Assembly (NCBI GenBank): GCA_028023455.1
Contig: JAQFVV010000007.1
Location: forward strand, 16,864,001-16,928,000
Source: Epiperipatus broadwayi
Lineage: Eukaryota > Animalia > Onychophora
Direction: 5' to 3'
Length of the DNA: 64,000 nucleotides
In this document: positions 50,960 to 62,683 of the stretch, in pieces
How positions within the stretch are numbered: the first letter of the stretch is position 1
How the letters are laid out: every line of letters begins with the position of its first letter
Position numbers and translations under genes: made by a program
Notes under the pieces: model-generated
The model's database searches: none
Told to the model about the DNA's origin: nothing
The model's input: the letters and a program-made list of their open reading frames with translations, nothing else

Positions 50960-53900
50960 ACTGTTATATCGTTATATATAGTTGACAAAGATTAAAAGGT
51001 TTTTATTATCTTTTTTATTTTTTTTAAAAACCGATTCTAATTTGAATAGTGATGACTCAATAGAACAAATGGAATCCATTGAAATCCCAAGTAAAAAGAA
51101 TACTAAATAAAAGAAAAACTGTAAGAAACCTTTTTTAAAATCTTCTATGACCAAAAAAATTATCCAAAATAAAGAGCTAATATCAAATAGTGATTGTGCT
51201 AAATTAAATCAATTTTTTAAAAAAAAAATAAAGAATCTACAGAGATCGTTTCAGAATTTAAAAATAGTATTATTAAGAAAAAAATATCGTGAATAACGTT
51301 AATTATATTGAAAGGCCTATTAAAATCTCAATTAATTGCGAAGAATCGTCAGTTATCAACAAAATTTCTAGTAAAAATGATTCTAAACTAAATAAATCTT
51401 CAATGGATAATATCTTTTACTTTCAAGATAGTTATGGTAATTTGCAAATTAATTTAGAGAATCTTCAAATGAATAATTTTCATGATCTTGAAAAAAATAG
51501 TGATAAAAATGTAAAAAATGATCTAATGAAAATAATCATATTAATACAAAAAAATTCACTTTCAAGTTTAATCCTTCTAAAGAACAAAAATTTAATGAAG
51601 ATTCTCCTATGGTGCTGCAATATGCGAATATTGTACAAAATCAAGTCAAAAAAAATTTATAAAAGACAAATAAATGAAGATATTTTTAATATATATGATG
51701 AACATTCTATTGATGCTGTACAAAGTATTAGATCTGAAGAGTGCTTACTTGATACTATTATAGATAAATCTGAAATCAATAAAACAATCACAGATTTTAA
51801 TGCAACTATATCTTTTCTAAATTATTCAAATAAAAAAACTTTTACTAGCTGTAACTAATAAAAACAAAGAGCTTTTCAACTTCCCAATCGATCATTTCTG
51901 TAGTGAAATTACCAACAGTAAACTATGGATACACATTTACAAATTACTAAACTACCCCAATAATTGTTACCTAATAATTAAATGCCATGATGCTTTTTTT
52001 TAAAAAATCTTACAAAGTTAACTAACATTTATAGATTACAAAATAAACTGTAAGTGGATGTGAATTGACCCATAACACTTTCTGGTCATATAAGGAATTG
52101 TTATCTGAATTTTGACCAATCTGACCTACAAAAAATGTTAAAACCTTATGGAACAGTAAACAAGTTTAACTACATCTTAGAGAAAAGAGCTGATGTACCA
52201 GTTCTTACAAATTCAGCTCTATTCACTTTAACCTTAAATAAAGGTATATCTCCAACATCAATACCAACTATGCATTGTGCAGAATTTGCTCAGTTAATTG
52301 TGTCATTCATGGGTATACCACCACAATGCTTTTTTGCAAGCTCCAGACTCAGTCAAGGACTGCCCTGCAAGATTATGTACCAAATGCAAAGGGAAAAAAT
52401 CTAAATTTCACAATTGTGATAGTACAAATACACAAAATAAATTATCTACCATTAACACACTAAAAGTATTTATACATCAACCACAATCATATGAAGCAAC
52501 CATTGCAGTTCAATCTAAGCTAAACAAATCCACTGATATGCAGATATATGAATCTACAATACATGAAACAAAAGCAATCGCATCTGACGTTGATTCAAAT
52601 CTGACATTAATAGAAAATTCATCAAATCAATGCATTAAAATTAAAAGAAAAGCTAATGGGGTAAATTGGAAGACCAAAAACCTCTTCATCATACTGTGAT
52701 AGAAGCTCTTCAGACAATGAGTTGTCCAAACAAAAATTTAAAGGCGAGAAACTCAAATCTAGTACGCAAGAAAAAAATTATAATATGACTCAAAATTTTT
52801 ATATTATAAACAATAGAAAAACAAACATGAAACATTATAATTACATAAACTAACACACCCTATAAAGATAATTTAATTGAATATAAAACATGTACAACTT
52901 TAAATCAACATACAGAACAAGACCCAGGCCAATTAAACACTTTAATCTCCCTGACTCTGAAGAATATAATTATATATTTTCTATAAATGATTAATTTAGT
53001 CTTTTTCATCTATATTATATATAATTTTAATGGAATTAAAAGTAGCTACTTTTAATGTCCAAGGTCTCAACTCCTCTAAAAGAGTTGGTGCCATCACTCA
53101 TTGGATCTGACAGTTTTTGCTACATTTAATTTGTCTGGATGAAACTAAACTGCACCTAAATTCTAATCCTGAAATCATAGCACAAATTTTAAAAAATTGG
53201 ATTGTTTCACTTTTCTCTTTCCAATCACCCTTCAGCTGAAGTAGCTACTCTCATTCCAGTTCAATCACAATTACAAAATTATAAAATAAGATTTTTAAAT
53301 AATAATTTAATTTTCATCATGCTTAGCACCAACTCATTCAAATTCAACCTCATATGCCTTTACCTCAAAAAAGATAATGTACTAATACATAACTTGATTC
53401 TACTAATTAACATGGATCTTAATGCAAACCCCCCCCCCCAATTATGCTAGGAGACTTTTAACATATCTTATAATGTTTTTAATTTCATCTTCTAAATACT
53501 AGATTAATGTGTGCACAGGGTTTCTTCCTGGCTAATGCTTGTTCATACTACCCTAAACAATATTCCACTCTAATAGACTTATTACACAGAATTGCATTTT
53601 CTCATTAATTCAGCCTTACAACTGATTCCATTCTCTGATCATAATGCCATTACACTTTCACTATCAGTTGATATTCCACCTCAACCCTGTGCACAGTTGA
53701 AATCTACTATTAAAATTTTATTAAAATCAACAGCTCCAGAAGCAATTATTTCTGAAGCATACATCTACTTTAGGAAAATAAATATTCTTTCTCTGAACCC
53801 AGCTGAAGCTTGGTTTTTGTTCATCATTATTTTAAGCTCACTAATTTCATATTATTCAAAGAAAAATAAAGGTCCCATAGGATTATTACAAAAGGCTGAA

Positions 53901-56200
53901 ACTATCAGCAAAATGTTAAAAGATATGCCTCCTACACCTGCCTCACTACAAGTCATTATTGAATTAAAACAACAATATGTTGACATACATAAAAATCTTA
54001 TTGACTACATGGCCAACAAAAAAGCAAAGCTTTACCTTGCAAAACCCCACAATTTTTCAAAGGGATATATTAGGTAGGTGTACTGGGTTGCCAAGATAAA
54101 TCGAAAATGCCATCAGCTATAAAAGAAGGTGATGATATTTACTCAAGAACAAGCATGTTAAACAAAATTTTAAACTACTATCAAAACAAATTAGTTGATG
54201 TAACCCAACAATCTGAAGCAATTATATTTACCAACTCTTGTGATACAAATCATGACATTTTAGAGGCAGATATAAAAACAAAACTTATTTCAATACCAGA
54301 TAGAACACATCTAGGAGTCCATGGCATTCCCAAATTTTTATTAAAACATTTAGAAGTGTTTGGGGTTCTTATTATTAAAAAATGCTACATCTTCTTGCTT
54401 CTAAACCAATAAACATAGAAGGTCTCTATCCAATTGTGATGGTCCCATTTCTCAAGAGTAGCATAATGTCATCCTCTCTTGAAATCCTTAGACCCATCTC
54501 AATGACACCTCTAATTTTAAATCTTATTGAATTCATCATTAAAGATAAAATCCAGGATAAGATTCTACCAATGATCTTCAAATTTTAGTTTTTAAAAAAG
54601 GGTTTCTCAACAGTTGAAGCTCTAACCCTTTTTAAAATTATAACAGATTTTACCAGACATAATAGAAAATCAAAAACAATTATAGTACAATTAGATATTG
54701 CTGGAGCATTTGATTCTGTAAGAATTCATCATCTCATACACTTCCTTGATGAAATGTAGATTTCTGTAGGATTCATAAATATAATTACAAACTTTCTAAA
54801 CAATAGACCAGTTGCAGTTTCACTAAATGGTAAACTTACTCATTCTTTTAAACCAAATAAATCCATTCCACAGGGCACTGCCTAGTGCCTGCTGTTTATC
54901 ATCTATATTAATCTATTCCTCAAATCAATCTAGTAGAATCTTCCTGGAATTTTCATTCCCAATATTAATAAATTTATTAATCACATCTCCTATATGGATG
55001 ACATTGTAGTGTTCTTACTATCATACAAATTCATACCAAAACTATTACAACTAATGAACTCATTCTCTTCAGAGTCTGGGCTAAATTTTAACCTGAAAAA
55101 ATCAGCAGCATTAAGACTTTCCTCGGGACACGCAGTTCCATCCCCTTTCTCAGCGAAGTGTCAAAAATGTTTGGGCTTACTGATTAGCCTTTCAACACTA
55201 GCAATGAGAAAGTTGATTCAAAATACCATACTAAATTCAGATGATAAATTAATTAGTTTTCTATCCATATATATGTATCTTTATGCCAAAACTGCCTTGT
55301 TAAACATGTTGTTGTTTCCCACGATTGCCTATTATATGCCATTTATTACATTCTCAGTTAAATGTATTAACAAGATCAACTCCCTGTGCTCCAAACTACT
55401 ATGGAGGGGCAAAACTGTTTCAATTAGCATTAAGGAAAATTCAAAAACCTTCCATGTTAAATGGTTTATCACTTCACACATTTCATGTACTTTGGCTCCA
55501 GTGTGCCTACAACCTTATTTGTAAACTTAGTTTGTTTTTTCCACAAGACTCTCCTTTCTTACTTATACATCTTATGGATACTCCACCTCTACTTCTGAAT
55601 TGTTGGTTCTCTGAAGTCTTAGTGGAGATTTCAAAAATGATCATACCATCCAGCAAAATAATACCATCAAAAATTCGATATTGGGATGCATACCTTCTAA
55701 TCAATGGAAATATTTCCCCTAATAATATCAACGCTCAATATTACCAACTTCTAGTCTCATCAAAAAATTCAAGAGATAGCATTTTGAGCCAAAGTACTTT
55801 GATTTCTTGATCAAACTGAATCTAGATGCCATACCTATGAGCCACTTCTTAGTAATCCATAGAGGATTTACATTATTGGATACAACATGCTCTCTTTGCC
55901 ACAGGGAGGATGATACTACACCTCACATATTTAACAGATGCATTGCTTTGCAAAATTGCAAAAACTTAATTCAATCACTATATCAAATAAAACATCTACT
56001 GATCATCACTCTTATGAATGGCATCTCAACAGGTGAATATGCCATTATTAGAAGGCTGCTTTTATTGCATACAGTCTGTGGCTGGTTAGATGTGCACTCC
56101 TATTTGATCGGAGTGTATCTGATCCTCCACAATTTTTTATTAAAAATCTAAAATTAATTAATAAAAGAGACATGAGATTAGTACCTCATATAACTTACAA
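50960..56200 (+). mobile_element. Near-full-length non-LTR retrotransposon (L1/Tx1-like), multiply frameshifted
   Basis: ORF1 has Cys knuckles (QCFFCK...DCPARLCTKCKG, ~52320-52420). ORF2 starts at ATG 53030 with APE motifs ATFNVQGLN, CLDETK, GDF and SDHNAI; RT motifs LRPIS, LDIAGAFDSV, IPQG, YMDD (54991-55002) and GLNFNLKKS; and a C-terminal CSLCHREDDTTPHIFNRC zinc finger. Clade assignment is less certain than class. Confidence 0.92.
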
Positions 56201-56521
56201 TGTAACGTGGAATCTTATAAGTTTATAAGTGAATATTATCAACAACTAAAATAATTATATACATGATAATAATTGTTAACAAGACTGAGTTCAAATATCA
56301 GGGTTTTTTTTAAGATATAATAAGTTTTTAAAATGTTATAATAAATGTTTTGGAAAAAAAGACTAAAAGGAATATAATTGAAAGCACTTCTAACAGAATA
56401 AGTTGAATTATATTAATATTACTGTATTTAATATACATCAAGTTGAATTTTATATATATTTCAATTACTTCACAAACATCCACAATTTTTTTTTTTTGAA
56501 AACTTATTTAAATGAAAAATA

Positions 56522-56779
56522 GGTATTTGTGTACTAAACATGCAACGAAGAGAAGATAGGATGACTTTTCACATGTGTAATATTGCGATTTTAGAAAAAA
56601 AAATAGTTTTTGCAAATGACAAATATAAATCAAGCCCAATAACTCCAATCAAAGCAAGTTTTGAAAAACAAAATCACGTTTTTCAATCTACATCGCAGGA
56701 TTTATTTTCTTTCAATCGCAATATTATATATGTGAAATGGCTTCCTATCTTCTCTTCATTGCATGTTTAGTACACAAGT
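56522..56779. mobile_element. MITE with ~35-bp TIRs, copy 1
   Basis: ttgtgtactaaacatgcaacgaagagaagatagga / tcctatcttctcttcattgcatgtttagtacacaa. A partial internal copy lies at ~56820-56950. Confidence 0.75.
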
Positions 56780-57713
56780 CAAACTATAAAAAATCCAAGT
56801 AGATTTTGGAAAAAAAAAATTTGCAACTGACTAATATAATATAAATCAAGCCGCATAACTCCAACTAAAGCATGTTTTGAAAAAGAAAATCACCTTTTTC
56901 AATCTATATAAATTGCAATATTACACATATGAAAAGACCTCCTATTTTATTTTCATTGTGACTGAAAAAAAATAAACCGCGAAATATAATATTAAAGCAA
57001 CGTGTCCAAAACAATAGACAGTCTTCTATTCCTGCGTCTATATTCTTGAATTCTGCGAATAAAAAAACATTTTTTTTTTGGCTCTCATTCCAAAGTTTGT
57101 AATTAAAATTTGAAATTAGTTATTGCTGTTGTTATTACTTATTTATTAATTCTGCATTTAAAAACTTTTTTATTGAAATTTGTTGTTGAAATTACCTTCG
57201 TTTTTAATTTTGTGTGTAAAAAGTTTGTTGTTAAAATTACTTTGCCTTTTTTATTGTGAATTCTTTGTTTGTTAATTTCTCATTTTATCATCAAAGTGCT
57301 GCTGTAATTTTCACAATTTATTTAAATTGACCTATAGAATTAGTCTGTTGCCATTGGGTGTGCTTCTTTGCTTATAGACTTTGCTTTTGTTATCCTCAAA
57401 GTGCTGCTACATTTTTCACTGTTTTTTCTGAATTTGTTTATAGACTTTTTAATGTTTTGAATTCTGCATTTAAAAAGTTTGTGGTTGAAATTCATTGTGT
57501 TTATATAGTTTTTTAAAACCCCTTCCGGATAGACTTTTCACAAGATTTACAAAGTTATCTACAGGAACAACATTTTTTGACTATCTTAAAAACTACATGG
57601 CCCCCCAAAATAGATTGAATCCAAAGTATCGAATCAAAACTACCAAATGTTACTTTACAGACACTAAATTATTATAATATGAAATAGTATTTACAAAAGC
57701 ACATAAAATATAT

Positions 57714-57901
57714 GGTACTTGTGTACTAAATGTGCAAAGAAGCGAAGATAGGATATCTTTTCACATGTGTAATATTACGATTTTTAAAAAAGTTTTTGCC
57801 ACTAACAAATACAAATCAAGCCAAATAACTCCAATTAAAGCAGGTTTTGAAAAAAAGGGCCTCCTATCTTCTCTTCATTGCACGTTTAGTACACAAGTAC
57901 C
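57714..57901. mobile_element. MITE with ~40-bp TIRs, copy 2 (shorter)
   Basis: ggtacttgtgtactaaatgtgcaaag.. / ..cattgcacgtttagtacacaagtacc. Superfamily not determined. Confidence 0.75.
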
Positions 57902-58805
57902 GAAAAATATACATTGGGCAACAGCTTGTGTTAGTGATTTTTGATTCAAATAAAATAAGTTTTCAAAAGAGAAAATTGGTGAATGTTTAAAGAATTATTT
58001 GAAATATATACCATATATATTGAATATGGATACATGTTATTCGATATGATTGCTGTCTCACTAACAGTCAATGTGACTTTATAAGTACATGATAATAAAA
58101 TATCATTATTGGTTTAATTGTAAATATAGGGGATTTGAACATAGACTTTCAAGCACCCTTCAACTATCCACACTATTTTATACCATTGATACACATGATA
58201 CACACATGTAGAAAAGATAAACAATCATCAATTTATGTAACAGCGCTCATCAGTTGGTCCAGATTATCATCTAGCACACACATATAATCAGTGCTCAGTT
58301 TATATTAAGACAGAAAATCTTCATATTTTAATGGACAGACTTCACTCTATTCCAAACCTCCAACTCTTTGTCCATCTATATTATTGAAAATCTGATTATG
58401 GAAAACCCAAATACCATGTTGATGCCAATATTATTGCACCACCCATGTTGCTTCAAGTCACTCTGACCCCTCATGTATAGGACCTTATCCGTTTAAATAC
58501 ATAAAAGAGAGACAGACAGGATGCAGACTTAATGTGTAATATTTTAAATACAGACATCCCTCTTCTATGTATTTAAATGGATAGGGTCCTATACATGAGA
58601 GATCAGAGTGGCATGAGCTCAATATGGGCATGACAATAACATTGGCATCAGCATGTTTTTTGGGCTTTCCATCATATTTTCAATGGTATGGATGGCTGAA
58701 GAGTTAGAGATTGGAATAGATTGAAGCCTGTCCATTAAAGTATGAAGATTTCCTATCTTAATATAAACTGAGCACTGAATATATTTATGGGAGATGATAA
58801 TCTGG

Positions 58806-58849
58806 ACCAACTGATGAGTGCTGGGTCAGCACAAAATACATAAATTGGT
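58806..58849 (+). ncRNA. Type-I hammerhead (family B), perfect helix II, G12 mutated to A
   Basis: ACCAA-CUGAUGA-GUGCUG(GGU)CAGCAC-AAAA-UACAUAAA-UUGGU. Confidence 0.78.
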
Positions 58850-59266
58850 GATTATTTACCTTTTCTACATGTGTATGGTCATGTGTATCAGTGGTACGAG
58901 ATTGTATGGATAGTTGAAGGGTGCTTGAAAGTCTGTGCTCAAATCCCCTATATTTACAATTAAGCTTAAGGTATATAAAGTCTGCCTCTATTTCAAATAT
59001 TACACATTAAGCCTGCATACTGCCCATCCCTCTTCTATGTATATAAATGGATAAGGTCCTAAATATGAGGGCCAGAGCGACTTGAGGTCAACATGGATGG
59101 ATAATAATATTGGCATCAGCATGGGATTTGGGCTTTCCATCATCAGATTTTTAATGGCTGAAGAGTTGGAGGTTGGAGTAGATTGAAGCCTGTCCATTAA
59201 AGTATGAAGATTTGCTAATATAAACTAAACACTGATTATATACATGAATTGGAGAGGATAATCTGA

Positions 59267-59310
59267 ATCAACTAATGAGTGCTGATTCAGCTTGAAATAG
59301 GTATATTTGT
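59267..59310 (+). ncRNA. Type-I hammerhead (family B), degenerate
   Basis: AUCAA-CUAAUGA-GUGCUG(AUU)CAGCUU-GAAA-UAGGUAUA-UUUGU. Confidence 0.6.
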
Positions 59311-60729
59311 GATTATTTATTTTTTCTACATGCGTGTGGCCATGTGTATCAGTGGTATGAGATAGTGTGAATTGTTGAAGTGTGCTTGAAAGTCTGTGTT
59401 CAAATCTCCTGTATTTACAATTAACTTCCAGGTATATGAAGAATGCCTGTATTTCAAATATTATTGGTTTAATATAATCTGAATTTAAAGTAAAAGATTT
59501 TATATAAATAATAAAAATAGTTTTCTATAGTTAAAAATAATTTTATTAAAAGTATTAATTACTCATTTATTCTATCTACCTATTTACACTATTTACATTA
59601 TTAACGTCATAAATTATTTAATTTCAGAGCGGGCAATTTTGTTTAATGTATATAACTAAATAACTAAATGTAAATTAATGTCGTTCGTAAATAAAATACT
59701 AATATAATTTTTAACATATTCTTTTGTGTTTTGAAAAACCAAATATTTAAAAATCAGTATTTTAAAAGTTAATGTCTTTTCTACTCAAAGTTTAACATCC
59801 CACTAGAAGTACTAACGTATAAATGTGGGTGTTTATACAATGAGAGGATCATTTTTTTTATTTTTGAAATATAAATACAGTATTATATAATAACTAGCAT
59901 TATATATATATGATAAAAGCCTCATGATATGGCAATGCATTCTCCTAAGTTTGAATCCTAAGCAATAAACTTGAATTTTTTTTCATATTTTAGTGAAGCT
60001 ACTTTTTTTTTTCAAGTAACTGACCTTTTTACAATCGAAATAAAATTCAATATTGGTCTGTAAATAAATATTTAAGTGATCGTGGTTAGATGATAAAACA
60101 AAACGGGAAAACACCCAAACTCTTACTATCTGATAATTAGAAAACTTGGTAAGTATTGCTTTAATCTTTGCTATACATCTATAAGAAAATGTTAAAGAAA
60201 TCTTTTCCCACAGTGAGTTACTTAAAGAATTGTTTATCTTTTATCTATACATGAAACAAAATTTAAACTTTTAGAACACAGCAAACGTATAATAAGTCCA
60301 TACACATGTGTATGATATGTACTGCAATCGTATCAGTTTTATGTAAAAAATTGTTTGTAATCACACTCTAAAAATCTATATTCCATTTATGGAAATAAAT
60401 GATTAAGGTAAAAGCAAATGCTGGTACAGATTCAAAGTCAATATAATTAATTAGACTTCTGTATCTACTGTTCCATTGCAAATATGAACTTTTATTTTAA
60501 ACATGAATATATAAATATACCCTCTCTCCACCACACACCTAACAAATAAAAACCTATAGAAAGTCTACACGTAAAAATTGGGGGGGGGGGGGGGGGTAGA
60601 TAAAACTTTTTTTGATTTCCACTAAAAAGTTATATTCAAGAGAGATCAGGACTGGAGAAATAGTAATGAAAAATGATGTAGTAGTTTATTTTAAGTACTA
60701 CGTATATCTTTTATATTATTTCAATTAAT

Positions 60730-61480
60730 AAAAATGTAATACAGACAACATACCAGTAGTTCAAACAAGCTCTTAATTGATAAGTACGGTAAGAGAAAAT
60801 ATTTAAAATCCTATCCGAATTACTCTTATTCCCAGACCAATTGGTTTCAAGCTTATGGCTCACCTCAGTGAAGAGCTAGAATATTCAGACACTAGATCTA
60901 AAATATCAATTCAAAACCCAGCACTTATTTCATAATATTTAAGTAGAAACTCTGAAATCTTTGAACATGAAAATGTCTTTTACTCCAGCTATCTAACTTA
61001 AATAGCTATATGGAACTGAACCAAATTCAGATCTACCATATATTAATAGCCTCAGCATAGCCAAAGCCATAAAAGTAAAACTATAATTATCAATAAAGCA
61101 AGTCATATATAATGTGACATTGCTTTTATAAGCTTGTATTTACAAAAAGGTAATACAGAGAGTGTACCAATAGCTCAAACAAGCTCTTAATTGATAAGTG
61201 CGGTAAGAGAAAATATTTAAAATCTCTATCTAAAATACTCTTATCCCCAGACCAATTGTTTTTGATCTTGGTTTCAAACTGAGGTGAACTATAAGTTTGA
61301 AACCAATTGGTCTGGGGATAAGAGTATTTCGAATATAGATTTTAAATATTTTCTCTTACCATACTTATCAATTAAGAGCTTGTTTGAGCAATTGGTATGT
61401 TCTCTGTATTATATTTTTGTAAATACAAGCTTATAAAAGCAATGTCACCTTATATATGAGTTACTTTATTGATAATTATT
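60730..61480. mobile_element. Family A-related repeat cluster: direct copy plus fold-back, two hammerhead motifs
   Basis: 60730-60845 repeats at 61150-61258, and 61082-61258 is inverted at 61301-61480. Motifs: 60831-60872 (minus, CUGAGGU-GAGC(CAUAA)GCUU-GAAA-CCAAUUGGUC) and 61279-61318 (plus, CUGAGGU-GAAC(UAUAA)GUUU-GAAA-CCAAUUGGUC). Confidence 0.8.
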
Positions 61481-62557
61481 TCAATTAAATATGGAGAATA
61501 CATCAAAAACATATTTTTTCCAAATTAATTATAGAATGCAATAGGGGTCTCGCCTAATATCTTTTAAAATTTTCTGACAAAGCATTGCTTTTTGACAGAA
61601 TAGATATTAAACATTGTACATCTGTTTTTGTTTCAATGAGATCATATAAATGATGTAATGACAATTTGGATAGGTAATTTCTATATGGGCAATATTTACA
61701 AACTGATAATATAAACTAATTCTATCTTCCTTTTCCAGAATTTCCTATATCTGGTTTAATTATAGGTTTTAATTTTCAAATAATAGTCTTTGGAGATATG
61801 TAACCAAGGTTGAAGCAAATTCTCCTTTTACAATAATCCTGACAACATCAATATATTATAAGATCCACAAAAAGGGAAAAAACACAGATTCTTTACAGGA
61901 TGTAGTGATAAACCGGATTTAGATTTTATTTTACTCAAAATGATTTCACTTTTGTTTGTTGATCTATTAATCATGTGACCATCATTGATTAAAAAGCCTG
62001 CACTGGATGGCTCTACTGTATTGAGAGTTTGCTACTGGTGATCTGTTAATATTGATTCATTTTTTTCATAAGCCACTTTAATCAGGTCTTACAGCTTTTA
62101 AGACTCACTTTCCCATAATTAAAAGCTGTTCAGTCCTGAAACAAAGTTTATTTTTAAAAGCTAATTTGAATATTGAATATCTTAAATGAAATATAAAGGT
62201 TCATCTAAAAATATCAAAAGCAACATAAGAACCCATTGATATTTCTTTTATTTATCAATTCACATGTGGTTATCAAACAACTAAAAATAATTAATAAATT
62301 TATAAAATCTCTTGGTAATGGTAGAAAAGAAAAATGAAGAATTCACAGAAAAACACAAAATCATTCAAAAGCTTGGCTATATAATTTAGGTTTGATGTGT
62401 GTATAAACAGCTTTAGAAAAACTACCACAATCACTGCAAATGATATCTCCAGTATTAATATCAGATTTTTAAACTCAAAATAAACATAAAATGAATATCA
62501 TTAGAAAAGAATTGTGAGTTTCTCTTTTACAATATTATCTCAAATCTAAAAACTAAC

Positions 62558-62683
62558 TGTGATAAAACACAGTTGCTGAAGCTTTAAACATAAAATTACA
62601 AATATAAAGCAAGTCCCCTAAAAGCGCTCAGCTTTATATTTGTAATTTTATGTTTAAAGCTTCAGCAACTGTGTTTTATCACA
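62558..62683. repeat. Perfect 53-bp inverted repeat with 20-nt spacer
   Basis: 62558-62610 is the exact reverse complement of 62631-62683. It lies between 15-bp direct repeats ttatctcaaatctaa (62535-62549, 62733-62747). Confidence 0.9.

Larger units (their letters stand above)
58119..59459. mobile_element. Family B composite: inverted unit plus two tandem ~460-bp units, 14-bp TSD
   Basis: 58119-58556 is antisense; sense units span ~58557-59459. Hammerhead cores lie at 58811 and 59272 (461 apart), with a deleted one at 58227-58258. Direct repeat attattggtttaat at 58105-58118 and 59460-59473. Confidence 0.88.

Noticed and set aside
61560-62150. Minus-strand fragments vaguely like reverse transcriptase (YIDV, INxxKSEIIL)
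   Set aside because: The motifs fall in different frames and point to different RT classes; too degraded to call.
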